Source: a bacterium
GTDB lineage: Bacteria; Patescibacteriota; Minisyncoccia; Phycocordibacterales; VMGT01
Assembly (NCBI GenBank): GCA_030697645.1
Contig: JAUYPI010000006.1
Span: 12,017 to 76,016, forward strand
Length of the DNA stretch: 64,000 nt
Reading direction: 5' to 3'
This document shows positions 59,837 through 64,000 of this stretch, one piece after another. Position numbers and translations under genes: made by a program. How positions within the stretch are numbered: the first letter of the stretch is position 1; every line of letters starts with the position of its first letter. The notes under the pieces were generated by a model. It was not told the DNA's origin and did no database searches. It saw only the letters and a list, made by a program, of their open reading frames with translations.

Positions 59837-60925
59837 ATGGAGGCCACACAAAGTTCAAACCTCGGTACCGTACAGTCGCACCACTATCATTTAAGTGGGA
59901 GGCAGGTCGCTATAGTTGTGGGGATTGCGGTGCTGATCGCGACAGCGGGAATTGGTGGATATGTTTTTTTAAAAAATTCATTACCGCAGCCACCCCAATT
60001 ACCGATTATTCGTCTGTGGCATAACGGGGTTGTTTATGATGGCGTTGAGGGTTCCTATTGCTGGCCAACTCAAGAATCTTCCGCGGACGGGGAGTTTTTG
60101 AACCTCTGTGTTGACCGAGTATTTGGAGGCCCGGAAACGAGTATTCGTGTTCCTTCAGGAGACACTATGTCGATTGATGTTCAGGCATACGCGCCAGCCG
60201 AAAAGGTATGGGTGACTTTGTTTCAGGAGTCTGGTGAGCGGCTGAGCGATATACCTGTTACTGTCGGAGAAACAGTATCGACCTTCGTCCTTGATACATC
60301 ACCAGGCACATACGTTGTTCTCGTTAGTGGCGCATGGTCTGATGACAAATTCGCCGGAGATATTAATTATTCCTTTACTGTCCAAGTTGTTGGTGGCACT
60401 AACAACGAGATCAATGTTGACACATCAGGCTGGCAAACCTACCGCAATGAGGAGTTTGAATTTGAGGTGAAGTATCCTGGAGGGTGGTTTAACACGCGCA
60501 ACCTCATTGAGGATATTAGGGAAGAAAAACTTTTTGAATTTTCGAGTGAGAAAAATTTTACCGTAGACGCCATTACGTTACAGATAGTTCGTTCAGAAAG
60601 CATACAGAGTAAGAATTTATTCGTGGATCTTCAAAATTTAAAACCTGGAGAAACTTTTGAACAGGACCTTGTCGTATACACCAAAATTGAGGACCTCAAT
60701 ATCGGAGGATTTTTAGCCATTCGCCATACCGCAGACAGAAGTTCAATACCATACATAGCACTGCCTATACGGAGCGAAATCCTTTTGAAAAGAGACGGGA
60801 CCACTTTTCTCTTTGTGTTTGTTGGTTCGCCAGAAATTTTTGAACATCAGAAAATCGTTTTCGATCAAATTCTCTCAACCTTCCGATTTCTTGAGCCGAG
60901 CAGGAAGGCTTTTCCGTTGGAGTAA
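59837..60925 (+). CDS. Hypothetical membrane-anchored extracytoplasmic protein (low-GC block)
   Basis: N-terminal TM helix VAIVVGIAVLIATAGIGGYVFL; beta-rich composition. Confidence 0.5.
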   Translation: MEATQSSNLGTVQSHHYHLSGRQVAIVVGIAVLIATAGIGGYVFLKNSLPQPPQLPIIRLWHNGVVYDGVEGSYCWPTQESSADGEFLNLCVDRVFGGPETSIRVPSGDTMSIDVQAYAPAEKVWVTLFQESGERLSDIPVTVGETVSTFVLDTSPGTYVVLVSGAWSDDKFAGDINYSFTVQVVGGTNNEINVDTSGWQTYRNEEFEFEVKYPGGWFNTRNLIEDIREEKLFEFSSEKNFTVDAITLQIVRSESIQSKNLFVDLQNLKPGETFEQDLVVYTKIEDLNIGGFLAIRHTADRSSIPYIALPIRSEILLKRDGTTFLFVFVGSPEIFEHQKIVFDQILSTFRFLEPSRKAFPLE

Positions 60926-60927
60926 GC

Positions 60928-61452
60928 ATGACACTTATGAAAATCTACTTTGGTTCCGACCACGCCGGGTTTGAGCTCAAAAACAAGCTCGTTGTTTTTG
61001 TGCGCGACGAGCTCGGCTACAAAGTCGAGGACTGCGGCGCGCACGAGTTCAATCCCGATGATGATTATCCGGATTTTATCGCTCCGGTAGCGGAGCGTGT
61101 GAGTACCGAGCCGGAGACGACGCGCGGCATCGTGCTCGGTGGCTCGGGGCAGGGGGAGGCGATGGTAGCCAATAAGTTCCGCGGCGTGCGGGCGGTGGTG
61201 TATTACGGCGAGCCGTGCGCGGCTGCCATGAGTAAAAAAAGTATTTCTCCAGAGCATTCGATCATCACGCTCTCACGTACGCACAACGATGCGAACGTCC
61301 TCGCGCTCGGCGCGCGGTTTTTAGACGAAGCGACGACACTGGAAGCTGTGAAGGCGTGGCTCGAGACGCCGTTTGGCGGCGAGGAAAGGCACACGAGGCG
61401 GTTACTGAAAATGTCAATGATTGGAACAGAAAACACACCGACCGCCAAATAG
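60928..61452 (+). CDS. rpiB: Ribose-5-phosphate isomerase B
   Basis: MKIYFGSDHAGFELK...RGIVLGGSGQGEAMVANKFRGVRA...RTHNDANVLALGARF. Confidence 0.85.
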   Translation: MTLMKIYFGSDHAGFELKNKLVVFVRDELGYKVEDCGAHEFNPDDDYPDFIAPVAERVSTEPETTRGIVLGGSGQGEAMVANKFRGVRAVVYYGEPCAAAMSKKSISPEHSIITLSRTHNDANVLALGARFLDEATTLEAVKAWLETPFGGEERHTRRLLKMSMIGTENTPTAK

Positions 61453-61559
61453 GCGGTCGGTGTGGTGTGGTCATTATACCAAAAAGTTCGGACTTACTTC
61501 TATTGTTTCCAATTTGTCAAAAAGATTTTCGTTTCCTGTCAAAAACCCATCCGCCGGAT

Positions 61560-62140
61560 GGGTCAAAAATCTTTTTGCTCCCGAAACCAAAGAAATCAAG
61601 GCGGTTGACGATATTTCATTTTCTGTAAACGGCCTAAAACGGTGGAAAAACGCGACAATTTGGCCATTGGGAAGGCGACAACGTCGTGTATAACCGACAT
61701 CGCCGTGCGCTCTCTACCACCGCTGAGAGAAAGACGCGGAAGGTGATGATTTTCAGGCCGCGCGATCTCACGGCACAGGCGAAGGCGCGGGCAACGATTC
61801 GTCGGTACCGCGCGCTTCCTTTCGCAGCGCGACGAACGATGACCTACGACAATGGACTCGAAGCCGCCGCTCACGAGACCGTTACTGCCGCCATTGGCAT
61901 GAAATTCTACTTTTACCAAAACCTACTCGTCTTGGCAGAGAGGCACCAATGAAAACAGAAACGGACTCGTGAGATTCTATCTGCCGCGCACCGTGGACCT
62001 CGATACCATATCAGGCAGGCAGATTAAACATGTCGAGAATCTGATCAATAGCCGTCCGATGAGGTGTTTGAGGTACCGGACACCGAATGAAGCGTATGAG
62101 TATGAAATGAACAAATTACGTCAACGGTCGTTGCGTCAAA
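61560..62140 (+). pseudogene. IS30-family transposase remnant (frameshifted/truncated DDE domain)
   Basis: Pieces in three frames: ...RTMTYDNGLE...GMKFYFY / KTYSSWQRGTNENRNGLVRFYLP / RTVDLDTISGRQIKHVENLINSRPMRCLRYRTPNEAYE match the IS30 DDE-domain C-terminal half. Confidence 0.6.
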
Positions 62141-62207
62141 ACAGTAAAAATTTTTATCCACAGGTTGCACTTGTAAATTGAATACGGGATAAACTAAAAT
62201 AAATCGT

Positions 62208-63527
62208 ATGTCCTTAAAAAACGGCTTCGCACAACTTCCGATCATTATTATCATCGGCATCGTAATTCTTGGTGCGGGATTTGTGGTGGTACGCAAAAAT
62301 TTTCGCATGCCTCGGCTGATACTTCCCGTAGAGAAGCCAGGCCTTCCGATTCCGCAGCCAGCTCCGCTACCTTCTCCATCTCCTTCGCCGTCGCCGACGC
62401 CCTCTCCGTCACCCAGCCCTGCACCCACCCCATCTCCGCCGCCTCCCGGTTCCCAACCACCTTCGCCATCGCCGACACCTAACCCCGTTCCCGCCGGGAG
62501 CCTTAATGCGCAAAGCGCGAAAGGAATTTTTGCGCTCGACAGCGTCAAGGGGACGTACCGCGATAATGGTATTCGAAGCTATGATTTTGTAGCCGGATAT
62601 GCCTGGCGTATGGGCTGGTATAATTTTGAGTCCTCAAAGGGCGTGTACGATTTCGCAGCGCTGGATCACATTTTGGGGAAGCTTAACCCTCTCGGGAAAA
62701 AGCTTTCTCTGAATATGCTCTCTTCAAACAAAACCGAGCCGGCCTATATCACGGCAGAATCCGGGGTAACCACATGGACATTCACGGATCAAAATACCCG
62801 TCATGAGGATTATGGCAAACCCCAGGTAAAGCCGGTCCCATGGGATTCATATCTGCAATCGCGATTCAGCATATTCGCCGAAAAACTTGCGAATTACCAG
62901 TCGCCGAATCCAGCAGGAGGCACAATCGCACTTCGTGATAACCCGGCATTAGCTCAAATCATTGTAACCATTCCCGGTCTTGGCTCCATCCGCGAAGGAC
63001 CGGGGGGCGCAGCAACGCCAGAACTCTCAACGATGCCTGGGTATAGCCGTCAAGTTTTCATTGACGCTATCCTTGCCGCCCTCCGGGCGATTGCTCGAAA
63101 TTTCCCTCAAAAACCGATTTCAGTTCCTTTTTTTCATGTGACCGACACTACGACATCGCCGTCGCTGGATCAGACGATCCACGATGCTATTCAAGCGGAA
63201 TTTGATGGAGTAAAAAATCCGAAAGTCGGATATTTCCAAGAAAACCTGTCGGCCCTAAATACGACCGGAAGCATTCTTTGTTCGCCCGACGGGTCTCGCG
63301 ATCCTTTGAAGCTTGCAACAGGGAAAACGTGGCTCGCATTCCAAATGTTGCAATCGTGGGTAACTCCGTTTGCCAATCCGTCAAAAAACGCGGGTACAAT
63401 ACCCACAGATGCCATCAGCTGTGGAAACAGTCTCATGGGGATCACGTACTTTGAAGTGTATGTGCCGGATCTCGATAACGCCGCGTGGCACGCATCGTTT
63501 CGTGATTGGGCCGCGAAGTTAAAGTAG
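62208..63527 (+). CDS. Hypothetical membrane-anchored protein with Pro/Ser-rich (PSPS) linker
   Basis: N-terminal TM, long PSPSPSPTPSP linker, C-terminal globular domain. Confidence 0.55.
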   Translation: MSLKNGFAQLPIIIIIGIVILGAGFVVVRKNFRMPRLILPVEKPGLPIPQPAPLPSPSPSPSPTPSPSPSPAPTPSPPPPGSQPPSPSPTPNPVPAGSLNAQSAKGIFALDSVKGTYRDNGIRSYDFVAGYAWRMGWYNFESSKGVYDFAALDHILGKLNPLGKKLSLNMLSSNKTEPAYITAESGVTTWTFTDQNTRHEDYGKPQVKPVPWDSYLQSRFSIFAEKLANYQSPNPAGGTIALRDNPALAQIIVTIPGLGSIREGPGGAATPELSTMPGYSRQVFIDAILAALRAIARNFPQKPISVPFFHVTDTTTSPSLDQTIHDAIQAEFDGVKNPKVGYFQENLSALNTTGSILCSPDGSRDPLKLATGKTWLAFQMLQSWVTPFANPSKNAGTIPTDAISCGNSLMGITYFEVYVPDLDNAAWHASFRDWAAKLK

Positions 63528-63753
63528 TTACGAATTGTTCAGTAATGGGATTTCCACGCAATCTAACATCGTTGATTTTCCACACAAGAATTGCGAGCAT
63601 TTCCGTTACAGTTCCACAGAGTGCAATTGTTGCAGCATAGTCGCCCAAGCAATAATACTTCTTTGCGCTTCGCAAAGGTTTAGTAATTCTTTCAAAAATT
63701 TCTTTGGTATGCGGAACAATCGCCGCGTGCGATTCTTCAGTTGTCGCCTCCAT
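63442..63753 (-). CDS. Hypothetical protein (possibly truncated; frame is open upstream to ~63861 without an ATG)
   Basis: MEATTEESHAAIVPHTKEIFERITKPLRSAKKYYCLGDYAATIALCGTVTEMLAILVW; low-GC; overlaps the 3' end of the upstream gene. Confidence 0.25.
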   Translation of the reverse strand: MEATTEESHAAIVPHTKEIFERITKPLRSAKKYYCLGDYAATIALCGTVTEMLAILVWKINDVRLRGNPITEQFVTTLTSRPNHETMRATRRYRDPAHTLQST

Positions 63754-64000
63754 ATATCTTTCCAAAATTTGCTCGGAAAGTGCGCTTAGCGGAAGTTCAA
63801 AGAACCAATTGAATAAATCTCTATTATCGGGGCAGTAATGAAAGTTGATATGGGAATTGGCCTATTGAGTTTTCCTTCGCGCGCTAATTTTTTAGCGCGC
63901 GACCAATCCGTTGGCTTCCGAAAACTTGCAAAATTTCTCTTGGTGGAGCCAAGGTGAATCGAACCCCTCTACCCGAGAGACAGCCACGGGCTCCTCACCT

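Noticed and set aside
63941-64000. Complete tRNA gene on the minus strand at the window end
   Set aside because: Only the T-arm/acceptor/CCA part is recognisable; the adjacent sequence does not form a canonical anticodon arm and the 5' part lies outside the window, so it is reported only as a tRNA-like fragment

Overview
This is a high-GC (about 60-65%) bacterial chromosomal segment with no rRNA genes and no CRISPR array. The first ~39 kb is dominated by translation and chaperone genes in a rearranged, fragmented order. The blocks are infA-rpmJ-rpsM-rpsK-rpsD-rpoA-[low-GC ORF]-rplQ-rplM-rpsI, then grpE-dnaK-dnaJ, an isolated fusA, and tuf-rpsJ-rplC-[gap]-rplD-rplW-rplB-NUDIX. Also present are a class II ribonucleotide reductase (ATP-cone, NPCGEI, C-terminal Cys pair), an RNase II/R-family exoribonuclease, trpS, two sensor histidine kinases, and an RR-FIST-HK signalling operon. 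A divergent cluster pairs a ThiF/E1-like protein with a tandem-nitroreductase protein and a Cys-rich 428-aa protein. The most striking structural feature is a family of ~100-150 bp palindromic intergenic elements inserted between almost every translation gene. Their arms are tandem 10-bp AATTTTCAAT-type repeats (phased A-tracts) around an ACGACGTCG core, and they occur in both orientations. The downstream genes start immediately after them with no Shine-Dalgarno sequence. Three other palindromic repeat families also occur (AGCTTTTAGC-type, GTCATTGCGAG-type, ACATTTGAC-type). From ~39.5 kb the window becomes accessory-like: low-GC pockets, large secreted or lipoprotein hypotheticals, an IS30-family transposase pseudogene, and a tRNA-like 3' fragment at the window edge. 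The most interesting locus is 47.4-55.7 kb. It holds a 676-aa unknown protein next to a 1043-aa SNF2-family helicase fused to a C-terminal class-I SAM methyltransferase, followed by an Mpg-type DNA glycosylase. Its intergenic DNA carries more than 15 same-strand copies of a GWTYCACTAA motif. Most of these sit in the loops of hairpins whose stems differ in sequence, which suggests a structured-RNA or hairpin-DNA family and/or phage-type (T3/T7-like CACTAAAGGG) promoter-like sites. Several gene starts are approximate.
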